Virus record (IMG/VR): IMGVR_UViG_3300023174_000293
Span: 1 to 43,173 of that record
Source: a virus
Lineage: Duplodnaviria > Caudoviricetes
DNA length: 43,173 bases
Strand: one strand, 5' to 3'
The stretch's first letter is position 1; each line of letters begins with the position of its first letter. The translations under genes were made by a program, and so were the position numbers. The notes beneath the pieces were generated by a model. The model worked only from the letters and a program-made list of their open reading frames with translations, ran no database searches and was not told the origin of the DNA. Shown one piece after another: positions 1 to 6,543 of this stretch.

Positions 1-1
1 C

Positions 2-55
2 AATATTAAACGCTGGAATACATTTACAAGAGATTGTGAATGTGTTGACGGCTGA
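2..55 (+). CDS. Putative attenuator leader peptide for tRNA block 1, 5' end outside the window (...NIKRWNTFTRDCECVDG*)
   Basis: Open frame AAT ATT AAA CGC TGG AAT ACA TTT ACA AGA GAT TGT GAA TGT GTT GAC GGC TGA. The last codons overlap the antiterminator strand and the codons match block-1 tRNAs. Confidence 0.7.
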   Translation, partial: NIKRWNTFTRDCECVDG

Positions 56-104
56 TATTGTGTTCTGACTTATCTTTTAACTTTGTGAACAATATCAACC
101 GTCA
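46..104 (+). promoter_or_regulatory. Antiterminator hairpin of attenuator 1
   Basis: TGACGGCTGATATTG (46-60) pairs with CAATATCAACCGTCA (90-104) at 14 of 15 positions and sequesters the 5' arm of the terminator. Confidence 0.75.
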
Positions 105-130
105 CCCTAAAAAAGTGACGGTTTTTTGTT
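97..130 (+). terminator. Intrinsic terminator of attenuator 1
   Basis: AACCGTCAC-cctaaaaaa-GTGACGGTT followed by a T-run. Confidence 0.85.
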
Positions 131-157
131 GACGAAATGACAAGGTGGTGTTAGAGT
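129..157 (+). promoter_or_regulatory. Sigma70-like promoter
   Basis: TTGACG-N17-TAGAGT. Confidence 0.5.
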
Positions 158-158
158 G

Positions 159-322
159 TTTTCATGATGAAGGACGGCATTTGGTTGTCCTTGAGTTTTT
201 TGAAGTTTTGAACTTATCAAAACATCCGTAGAGGCGAGCCAAGGAATAGGAGACGCCGGTCGTACTAGGAATAGTATGGCTACCAACGATAGGTGAAAAA
301 TCCATTGGAAGTAAGTGAAAAG
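159..322 (+). ncRNA. Putative multi-hairpin structured RNA
   Basis: TTTTCA/TGAAAA closing stem; hairpins AAGGACG/TGTCCTT, GTTTTGA/TCAAAAC, GGTCGTACT/AGTATGGCT; no convincing ORF. Confidence 0.4.
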
Positions 323-326
323 TTTT

Positions 327-409
327 GCCTTTGTGGCTCAGTGGCGACAGCACTGCTTTTGTAAAGCAGAATATAAACACCGGGGGTTCGAGTCCCTCCA
401 AAGGCTCCA
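327..409 (+). tRNA. trnT: tRNA-Thr(UGU) with a long (about 12 nt) variable region
   Basis: GCCTTTG/CAAAGGC-T-CCA; anticodon arm CTGCT-TT-TGT-AA-AGCAG; T-loop TTCGAGT. Confidence 0.9.
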
Positions 410-463
410 ATTTATAAAAATATTTTTCAAGTCTTCATACGTCTCCACAATATGTATTGATGT

Positions 464-1141
464 ATGAATAACATAAAATTAAATTGCGTAAACTGTAATA
501 ATGAATTTGAAAAATATGTGGGAGAATACAACAGACAGATAAAATCTGGTAGAACAAATTTCTTTTGTTGTTTAAGTTGTGCAATCTCACATCAGATGAA
601 ATGTAAATATACTAAAGAAAAAGAAAAGTATCATTCTAATCCAAAACTTTGCAAGTGTTGTGGAAATATCATTCCATACGAAGATATATCTTCCAAATTG
701 TTTTGTAATCAATCTTGTGCGGCGACATTTAATAATAAGAACAAAAAAAACAAGATTGTAAAGTGTTGCAAAAATTGTGGCAAATCTAATATAAAATCTA
801 TATACTGCTCACAGTCGTGTCAGAGTAAACTAACTTATACAAAAATAATGGACCAGATTAAATCGGGTAATTATCCATTTAAACGAAACAAACCGTATAA
901 AGAATATTTAATATCAAAACAAGGACACAAATGTCAGATGTGTTCATTTACTGAATGGGGAAATAAACCTATTCTTTTGATACTAGATCATGTAGATGGA
1001 AATAGTGATAATTTTAACTTGGACAATTTACGAGTTATATGTAGCAATTGTGATACGTTGACTTCTACATATAAAGGAAGAAACAAAGGCAAAGGAAGGT
1101 TTTCTAGAAAACAAAGATATCACGATGGTAAAAGTTTTTAA
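464..1141 (+). CDS. HNH endonuclease with N-terminal Cys-rich Zn-finger repeats (free-standing homing type)
   Basis: CxxC and FCxxSC repeats; C-terminal LDHVDGNSDNFNLDNLRVICSNC HNH motif. Confidence 0.9.
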   Translation: MNNIKLNCVNCNNEFEKYVGEYNRQIKSGRTNFFCCLSCAISHQMKCKYTKEKEKYHSNPKLCKCCGNIIPYEDISSKLFCNQSCAATFNNKNKKNKIVKCCKNCGKSNIKSIYCSQSCQSKLTYTKIMDQIKSGNYPFKRNKPYKEYLISKQGHKCQMCSFTEWGNKPILLILDHVDGNSDNFNLDNLRVICSNCDTLTSTYKGRNKGKGRFSRKQRYHDGKSF

Positions 1142-1146
1142 TTTTC

Positions 1147-1193
1147 GAGAGTATCGGTAGATGACCGAAGTTGATGCGTTCCATCAGACTCTC
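1147..1193 (+). ncRNA. Small three-way-junction RNA
   Basis: GAGAGT/ACTCTC enclosing TCGGT-agatg-ACCGA and TGATG-cgttc-CATCA. Confidence 0.45.
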
Positions 1194-1198
1194 ACAAT

Positions 1199-1273
1199 AT
1201 GGACGTGGCAGACAAGAAATGCAGCAGTCTCCAAAACTGCCCAATGTGGGAGCGTTACCCACCGTCCATGCCA
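1199..1273 (+). tRNA. trnW: tRNA-Trp(CCA) with non-canonical T-loop AGCGTTA
   Basis: ATGGACG/CGTCCAT-G-CCA; GCAGT-CT-CCA-AA-ACTGC. Confidence 0.88.
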
Positions 1274-1280
1274 ATTTCCA

Positions 1281-1394
1281 AATACATTAGATGAAGGCAA
1301 CGACCGTAGCTTAACTGGTAAAGCAACCGCACGAATAAGCGGGAGTCATTCAGTTCGAATCTGAATCAACTGTTGAAGTAGTAACTAATGTATT
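1281..1394 (+). ncRNA. tRNA-like RNA on a long terminal stem, no CCA
   Basis: AATACATTAG/CTAATGTATT outer stem; D-arm GCT-taactggtaa-AGC; CCGC/GCGG arm; T-arm TTCAG-TTCGAAT-CTGAA. Confidence 0.65.
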
Positions 1395-1549
1395 GACACT
1401 GATAGACATTGAAAATTATAGTCTGACGAGACTGTGATTAGTAAGTGGAACAATTGTGAAATCCAGTAAACATTTTATATATAAATAAAACTTGATCCGT
1501 TTGTATTAAAAAATATATAACCGAATATTTTTTTATATATAACAAAGTT

Positions 1550-2404
1550 ATGATTGTAAAAATTGATATTGATTATCCGAATTGCGGACTTGGAGATACT
1601 ATTTGTATTCTACCTTATGTAGAAATGTATCGTCAAACAACCAACAATGAAGTTTGGTTTAAAACAAGATTTTCTATGATAAAGGAGTTGGTGGTTAACA
1701 CGTATCCTTTAATTAAGTTTGGTGACCCTGATACATTTGATAAAATAATAGTAATTAAATTTAATCATGATGTACCGATGCAAAAATCGGCGGCTGACCG
1801 CTTAGGATTACCTAACGTGATACTTGATCCTAAATTTGATGTGATTAATAAACCACGTAACATTAAGCAGAAGTATGTAACATTATCAATGCAATCTTCG
1901 TTACAAAATCGTTATTGGAACTATAAAGATGGATGGGATATTTTGATTAAAGAACTGAACACCAAGTATAAATTGAGTGTGGTTTGTATTGACAAGTTTT
2001 CAAATTTTGGTAACGGAAAAACGTTTAATGAAACGCCTAGAAAAGCTATTAATAGAACCGGAGTTGAATTAAAAGATGCAATTAATTATATAGAGCATGC
2101 TGAATTTCATATTGGGTTGAGTAGTGGTTTATCGTGGGTAGCACATGCTGTTGGAAAACCGGTGGTAATCATGAAGAGTGCAACTGAAGATTGGTTTGAA
2201 TTTCAAGGCAATATGATTACTGTAAATAATGAATCTGTGTGTCATGGTTGTCTTAATCGTAGAGAAATAAATCGAGAAGAACTTGGTACATGGAATTTTT
2301 GTCCAGAACATTCTGGAACAAATCGTATGTTTGAATGTAGCAAAAGCATTACTCCAAAAATGTTTTTGGATAAGATGCAACCATTGTTAAAGAATTATAT
2401 TTAA
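1550..2404 (+). CDS. GT9-like glycosyltransferase resembling Aah/TibC-type O-heptosyltransferases
   Basis: GLGDTI N-terminal motif; HIGLSSGLSWVAHAVGKPVV; CHGC...C...C metal-binding motif. Confidence 0.8.
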   Translation: MIVKIDIDYPNCGLGDTICILPYVEMYRQTTNNEVWFKTRFSMIKELVVNTYPLIKFGDPDTFDKIIVIKFNHDVPMQKSAADRLGLPNVILDPKFDVINKPRNIKQKYVTLSMQSSLQNRYWNYKDGWDILIKELNTKYKLSVVCIDKFSNFGNGKTFNETPRKAINRTGVELKDAINYIEHAEFHIGLSSGLSWVAHAVGKPVVIMKSATEDWFEFQGNMITVNNESVCHGCLNRREINREELGTWNFCPEHSGTNRMFECSKSITPKMFLDKMQPLLKNYI

Positions 2405-2405
2405 T

Positions 2406-2479
2406 TCCCCTGTAGTGTCAAAGTAGCACGGTTGGCTGTTAACCAACTTGTGAAGGTGCGAGTCCTTCTGGGGGAGCCA
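2406..2479 (+). tRNA. trnN: tRNA-Asn(GUU), T-loop TGCGAGT
   Basis: TCCCCTG/TGGGGGA-G-CCA; GTTGG-CT-GTT-AA-CCAAC. Confidence 0.9.
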
Positions 2480-2483
2480 ATTT

Positions 2484-2640
2484 TATTCGGTGTCAGCAGA
2501 CTCACGATGCTGAAGAAAGACATATCAATTGCAAGTGATGTGGTCGTGGAGAGTGAGTGGGTTGATCTACAACACGATATCTGACTGTAGGTTATAATTA
2601 GATTGTGTAAGTCATCCCGTAACCCAACATCGAATAGCCA
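2484..2640 (+). ncRNA. 157-nt expanded tRNA-like RNA ending in GCCA
   Basis: TATTCGGTGT/ACATCGAATA-G-CCA; TCAGCA/TGCTGA arm; GACATATCA/TGATGTGGTC arm; TGGGTT/AACCCA arm with a large insert. Confidence 0.65.
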
Positions 2641-2649
2641 TCTTCTGAA

Positions 2650-2751
2650 GTGACTAATGCCGTTCTACCTGTGCATAGGTGAGGATAACTAGAACGTAAC
2701 GGTGAAAGAAGAACCTCAGTCACCGTCATATGGTGAAACAAACATATGACG
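2650..2751 (+). ncRNA. Structured RNA with a possible pseudoknot
   Basis: GTGACT/AGTCAC, GTTCT/AGAAC, ACCTG/TAGGT, GAGG/CCTC, then CGTCATATG/CATATGACG. Confidence 0.4.
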
Positions 2752-2769
2752 TTAAATTTTCAATAGTTT

Positions 2770-2886
2770 TATATGATGTATGATATATGCTGATTAAGGG
2801 TTAGGCAGTTGATCAAATTGCAATAGTATGAACATAAAGTGCCTTAAGAAATTTAAATAATTTCATTGTTCATTATACATTATATA
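2770..2886 (+). ncRNA. Structured RNA closed by a 15-bp stem
   Basis: TATATGATGTATGAT pairs with ATTATACATTATATA, including G-U pairs. Confidence 0.4.
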
Positions 2887-2893
2887 ATTTTTC

Positions 2894-2979
2894 GGGGTAT
2901 TATACTGATAAAGACGCAGAACGGTCTGTAAAACCGTTGCCTTCGGGCTGGGTAGGAGCATTACCTACATACCCCACCA
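2894..2979 (+). tRNA. trnY: tRNA-Tyr(GUA), T-loop AGCATTA
   Basis: GGGGTAT/ATACCCC-A-CCA; ACGGT-CT-GTA-AA-ACCGT; long variable arm. Confidence 0.9.
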
Positions 2980-3150
2980 AATTTACGGCACTTCTTAGCT
3001 GGAGTGCCAGAGTAGTTATCGGTAAATTGTGTGAGGGTAAGCTTTTAGAGTAGCACAAATACTTACTAAATGTACGTCGTCGAGACTGATGAATTAATGA
3101 AGCTATAACATACGCCTCCGTTGGAGGATTAATAACTATTTATATGGTAT

Positions 3151-3543
3151 ATGATTAAGTTAAAAGATTTGTTGACTGAAAACTCTGCGGAGAAATATTA
3201 TGTCCGTTTTGGTGATATTCCGTCTGGAGGATTATCAACCAATTGGTTCAAGACTGAAAAAGAAAAGGGAGTTAGTGTTTATGAAGTAAAATGGATTCCT
3301 AGTAAAAACAAGTGGTTTATTGTGGTAAATTCTGATGAAGGAATTGATACATTAATTTCTTTAGCTGGAGATTTTCAAGTTGGTAGAGGACGGCCAATTT
3401 ACCTTATAAAAGCTGTACCGACTAAATATTATGGCGCGGATGATGAACCATTATTAGACTCCTCTTCATTAAAAATTGTGAAGAAATTAGATCCCACTGA
3501 ACTTTGGAATCATGAATTAGGCGATGAATGGCATATAGGGTAA
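3151..3543 (+). CDS. Hypothetical protein with MIKLKDLLTE N-terminus; possible ADP-ribosyltransferase-like fold
   Basis: 130-aa ORF after a TATTTATA motif; YYVRFG...GVSVY resembles the R and S strands of ART folds. Confidence 0.6.
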   Translation: MIKLKDLLTENSAEKYYVRFGDIPSGGLSTNWFKTEKEKGVSVYEVKWIPSKNKWFIVVNSDEGIDTLISLAGDFQVGRGRPIYLIKAVPTKYYGADDEPLLDSSSLKIVKKLDPTELWNHELGDEWHIG

Positions 3544-3557
3544 AATATTATTTGATT

Positions 3558-3638
3558 TTGACAGGTGCTAGTGCGCAGGGCGTGGTAAAGGAGCAGGCGA
3601 CTCTGTTCCGAAAAGGTTCGATTCCTTTGACTTGTCAA
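3558..3638 (+). ncRNA. tRNA-like RNA without CCA
   Basis: TTGACAGGT/ACTTGTCAA stem; GGAGCAG/CTGTTCC arm; canonical T-arm AAAGG-TTCGATT-CCTTT. Confidence 0.6.
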
Positions 3639-3648
3639 TTACTTTAAT

Positions 3649-3723
3649 GGCTCAGTAGCTCCAATGTAGAGCAGAAGTCTGAAGAACTTCGTGTTGTCAG
3701 TTCAAGTCTGACCTGAGCCACCA
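3649..3723 (+). tRNA. trnF: tRNA-Phe(GAA)
   Basis: GGCTCAG/CTGAGCC-A-CCA; GAAGT-CT-GAA-GA-ACTTC. Confidence 0.92.
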
Positions 3724-3727
3724 TTTT

Positions 3728-3865
3728 TTCTGAACTAGGCGAAGGCAACGCTATACTCCGGTATCAACTATCCAAGTGAAAGCCCTTGAATGTGGCCAGA
3801 CGGTTAATTTGGGAATACGGAGAGTGGGTGCAGCTACCACTCATATAAAGTTGATTTGTTCAGAA
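3728..3865 (+). ncRNA. Long-stem RNA with GGCGAAGGCAACG motif, related to 1281-1394
   Basis: TTCTGAAC/GTTCAGAA outer stem; CAAC/GTTG inner stem; T-arm-like GAGTGG-gtgcagcta-CCACTC. Confidence 0.55.
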
Positions 3866-3876
3866 TATTTTTTAAT

Positions 3877-3956
3877 GCAAGTGAAGCTATCAAAGAACGG
3901 GCAACCGGCTCTTAACCGGACTATTCGTGTGGGAGCGTTACCCACCACTTGCACCA
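3877..3956 (+). tRNA. trnK: tRNA-Lys(CUU), T-loop AGCGTTA
   Basis: GCAAGTG/CACTTGC-A-CCA; CCGG-CT-CTT-AA-CCGG. Confidence 0.85.
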
Positions 3957-3961
3957 ATTTT

Positions 3962-4032
3962 GGCCATATAAAGTAATAGTAACCTAACCCTCTGTCTAAG
4001 GGAAGTCCGGGGAGCATAACCCCGTATGGTCG
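3962..4032 (+). tRNA. trnD: tRNA-Asp(GUC), T-loop AGCATAA, CCA not encoded
   Basis: GGCCATA/TATGGTC-G; CCCT-CT-GTC-TA-AGGG. Confidence 0.8.
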
Positions 4033-4041
4033 CATTTCAAT

Positions 4042-4115
4042 TGTCTCTTAGCTTAAAAGTAAAGCCCACAACTGATAATTGTGAGACGACGGAGCATTAC
4101 CGTCAGAGACAACCA
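4042..4115 (+). tRNA. trnI: tRNA-Ile(GAU), T-loop AGCATTA
   Basis: TGTCTCT/AGAGACA-A-CCA; CACAA-CT-GAT-AA-TTGTG. Confidence 0.88.
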
Positions 4116-4117
4116 TT

Positions 4118-4187
4118 TTTGTTAGTAAGTGTTGGGTTCAATTCCCTTTACTCAGTGATCACTGGTGAGAACATAACTACTAACAAA
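4118..4187 (+). ncRNA. Small RNA with a T-arm plus hairpin on a 10-bp stem
   Basis: TTTGTTAGTA/TACTAACAAA; GGG-TTCAATT-CCC; CAGT-gatc-ACTG. Confidence 0.55.
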
Positions 4188-4195
4188 TTCAATAT

Positions 4196-4274
4196 GGATC
4201 AGTATTGGCCACGCCTTCTAAGCGATAGGTGCATAATTGGACAAATGTGGGTTCGACTCCCACCTGATCCACCA
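4196..4274 (+). tRNA. trnR: Atypical tRNA-Arg(UCU) lacking a normal D-arm
   Basis: GGATCAG/CTGATCC-A-CCA; CGC-CT-TCT-AA-GCG; canonical T-arm; only about 9 nt between acceptor and the CGC anticodon stem; long variable region. Confidence 0.7.
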
Positions 4275-4326
4275 AATTTATAAAATAAACGAAACTATTT
4301 GCTCTATACAACATATTTATTTAGAT

Positions 4327-4962
4327 ATGATGAAATGTAAATGGTGTTTGCTTTATTTTGATTTAAATGATAAACCTAAAGGATGGGCAGCTGCGCACAC
4401 AAGATGGTGTGATCAAAATCCAAAAAAACAAGAGTATATAGATAAACTAAAATCAACAAATAGAACACATTTAATGTGTGAGTCAAAAAAAATAAGTGGG
4501 AAGACAAATCAATTCACAAAAGCAAAAATAAACGGATTTACTTTAATAAGTAAATTAAAAGGTAGAGAAAATATTGCTGCAAAAGGAAAGAAACATTCAG
4601 TTCAAAGTAAACTGAATATGAGCAAAGGATCTTTAAAATCAACACATAGAAGATTACGCAGAGGTATTATACAATATAAAGGAATAACACTTGATTCTAG
4701 TTGGGAATTAGAATTAGCTAAAAGATTGGATGATTTAAATATTAAATGGAATAGACCTGATCCATTAAAGTGGAAAGACTCCAATGGTTTCGAACACAAT
4801 TATTTTCCGGATTTTTATTTGGTAGATCATAATCTATATTTAGATCCAAAAAATCCGGGAGCATATAAAGTTCAAAAATCAAAAATTGATATATTACTTA
4901 ATACTTACAATAATATTGTGATCTTAAAAACTTTGGAAGAATGTAAAAATTTTAGAATTTAA
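4327..4962 (+). CDS. PD-(D/E)xK (TnsA-like) endonuclease with a NUMOD3-like motif
   Basis: GKKHSVQSKLNMS; SSWELELAKRLD...YFPDFYL...LDPK. Start moved to ATG 4327 because the track's start lies inside the tRNA. Confidence 0.8.
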   Translation: MMKCKWCLLYFDLNDKPKGWAAAHTRWCDQNPKKQEYIDKLKSTNRTHLMCESKKISGKTNQFTKAKINGFTLISKLKGRENIAAKGKKHSVQSKLNMSKGSLKSTHRRLRRGIIQYKGITLDSSWELELAKRLDDLNIKWNRPDPLKWKDSNGFEHNYFPDFYLVDHNLYLDPKNPGAYKVQKSKIDILLNTYNNIVILKTLEECKNFRI

Positions 4963-4964
4963 AT

Positions 4965-5042
4965 GCTGCCGTAGCTCAAATGGATTAGAGCATCTGACTA
5001 CGAATCAGAAGGTTGTAGGTTCGACTCCTACCGGCAGTACCA
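4965..5042 (+). tRNA. trnR: tRNA-Arg(ACG)
   Basis: GCTGCCG/CGGCAGT-A-CCA; TCTGA-CT-ACG-AA-TCAGA. Confidence 0.95.
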
Positions 5043-5084
5043 ATTCTTCATAATAACATGAGAATGTGATATATTTATAGTAAT

Positions 5085-5681
5085 ATGATTAAATTGGTAT
5101 CTATAATCAAAAACATTATTTTAGAAAATATAAAAAGCACGGAATTTGAACAATGGTTTAGTGGTAGTAAAATTGTAGATAATATGGGAAATCCACTACG
5201 AGTGTATCACGGAACCAATAAAGCCTTTTCAATTTTTAAATTATCACCAGAAGGTGTTCTTGGAAAAGGTATATATTTAACACCGGATCCAGAACGAGCA
5301 AGTGAGTATTCTTATGAATCTGCTTTTGGAGATCGTCGAGGTGAAGGTAACAATGTAATACCACTATATGTTTCTATTAAAAATCCATTGATTGTTCACG
5401 AAGATTCAAAATACAACAATCCATCTGTTGACGCGTTGGTTGCACTTGGAGTTGATCGTGAAAAAGCTGTAAATGTTGTAGATAAAGCATTTGAAGAAAA
5501 AGGAAATTTAACTGGTCAAATATATAAGAAAGCACAAATGCAAGGACACGATGGAATTGTTCTTTATAGAGACAATAAAATTTTTGAAATTGTAGCGTTT
5601 CGTTCAAATCAACTAAAATCAGCGATAACAAATAAAAATTATAGTTTTGATCCTGATATAACCAAAGAAACTTTAAAATAA
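5085..5681 (+). CDS. ADP-ribosyltransferase-like protein (polyvalent-protein ART type)
   Basis: GNPLRVYHGT...GKGIYLT...ASEYS...GHDGIV...EIVAF...QLKS motifs. Confidence 0.7.
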   Translation: MIKLVSIIKNIILENIKSTEFEQWFSGSKIVDNMGNPLRVYHGTNKAFSIFKLSPEGVLGKGIYLTPDPERASEYSYESAFGDRRGEGNNVIPLYVSIKNPLIVHEDSKYNNPSVDALVALGVDREKAVNVVDKAFEEKGNLTGQIYKKAQMQGHDGIVLYRDNKIFEIVAFRSNQLKSAITNKNYSFDPDITKETLK

Positions 5682-5687
5682 TTTAAT

Positions 5688-5766
5688 GGTGTATGTAGCA
5701 TAACTGGTTTAATGCCCCAGATTGTGAGTCTGGCAGATACGGGTTCGAATCCCGCCGTACACCCCA
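5688..5766 (+). tRNA. trnH: tRNA-His(GUG) with encoded G-1
   Basis: G-GTGTATG/CGTACAC-C-CCA; CCAGA-TT-GTG-AG-TCTGG. Confidence 0.93.
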
Positions 5767-5776
5767 TTTTATTAAT

Positions 5777-5867
5777 GCACGATGACGGAGCTAGAGAACT
5801 GAGATGTCTGCAAAACATCGTTGTATGAAAATACATATGCAAGGAGCGTAACCTTGATCGTGCTCCA
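5777..5867 (+). tRNA. trnC: tRNA-Cys(GCA) with a long variable arm and T-loop AGCGTAA
   Basis: GCACGAT/ATCGTGC-T-CCA; GATGT-CT-GCA-AA-ACATC; variable hairpin TGTAT-gaaa-ATACA. Confidence 0.82.
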
Positions 5868-5930
5868 AAATTAATTGACATCTTACTAAAAATTGTGACG
5901 GTTTTGTTACGAAATAATAGTTATGTTTGT

Positions 5931-6095
5931 ATGAGTTCTAATTCCTATAAGAAGTATCTTAAAATTCGTGACGAAATTCTCAAACACAAGTGGATAGAAT
6001 CTGAAAAAGCCATGAAAGATATAGGATTTGAACAGGCGTTGATTGACTGGATTAACAAACACCACCCTACGTGGAAAAGAGAAAATTGTGGTTGA
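5931..6095 (+). CDS. Small DUF4032-like protein
   Basis: EILKHKWIESEKAMKDIGFEQALIDW motif; ATG at 5931. Confidence 0.7.
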   Translation: MSSNSYKKYLKIRDEILKHKWIESEKAMKDIGFEQALIDWINKHHPTWKRENCG

Positions 6096-6120
6096 CATAA
6101 TCCATATTTGAGTATAGGAT
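6092..6120 (+). promoter_or_regulatory. Sigma70-like promoter
   Basis: TTGACA-N17-TAGGAT. Confidence 0.55.
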
Positions 6121-6129
6121 ATATCCACA

Positions 6130-6249
6130 ATGAAAGTTTTACTTCAAATAACAATCGGTCTGATAATTTACTGGTCCATCGTTTGGATGATCTGTAGATT
6201 TTGTGGACTGAATACCAAGTGTGAAGACAACACTCATGATGATCTTTGA
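6130..6249 (+). CDS. 39-aa single-pass membrane peptide (MKVLLQITIGLIIYWSIVWMICRFCGLNTKCEDNTHDDL)
   Basis: Hand translation; starts just after a promoter; hydrophobic N-terminal helix. Confidence 0.55.
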   Translation: MKVLLQITIGLIIYWSIVWMICRFCGLNTKCEDNTHDDL

Positions 6250-6255
6250 TCAAAC

Positions 6256-6331
6256 GCGTTCGTAGCTCAGCGGCAAGAGCAGTGGCCTTTTAAGCCATTG
6301 GTCGTGGGTTCGAATCCCACCGGACGCACCA
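6256..6331 (+). tRNA. trnK: tRNA-Lys(UUU)
   Basis: GCGTTCG/CGGACGC-A-CCA; GTGGC-CT-TTT-AA-GCCAT. Confidence 0.95.
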
Positions 6332-6337
6332 ATTTAA

Positions 6338-6474
6338 ATTGAAAAAGTTGTAGCGAATGGCATAGCGGGCGGTCAGTACCCAAAGTTGTAGACATGGGAA
6401 AATCTGCCAGTTAACGATATAACTACGAATAGACGTTAACTTATGTGGGTTCGAATCCCATCAACTTTTTCAAT
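6338..6474 (+). ncRNA. Class II tRNA-like RNA with a 13-bp acceptor stem, a hairpin inserted in the anticodon loop and no CCA
   Basis: ATTGAAAAAGTTG/CAACTTTTTCAAT; D-loop AATGGCATA; GGCGG/CTGCC with CCCA/TGGG insert; variable arm AGTTAACG/CGTTAACT; T-arm GTGGG-TTCGAAT-CCCAT. Confidence 0.75.
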
Positions 6475-6486
6475 CGATTTTTTGTG

Positions 6487-6539
6487 TTGACAAGTTCAAC
6501 ATTCTATGTATACTCGTTAGTATATTAGTTCTTTAACAA
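6487..6539 (+). promoter_or_regulatory. Sigma70-like promoter followed by a boxA-like element
   Basis: TTGACA-N16-TATACT, then GTTCTTTAACAA (6528-6539). Confidence 0.65.
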
Positions 6540-6543
6540 TTTA

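Noticed and set aside
1397-1470. Hammerhead ribozyme suggested by CTGACGAG...GAAA
   Set aside because: TGACGA is the loop of the hairpin ATTATAGTC/GACTGTGAT, and I could not build stems I-III around a complete core
3085-3110. Hammerhead core CTGATGA...GAAG
   Set aside because: GAAG replaces GAAA and no convincing stem I or III was found; kept only as an unexplained structured region
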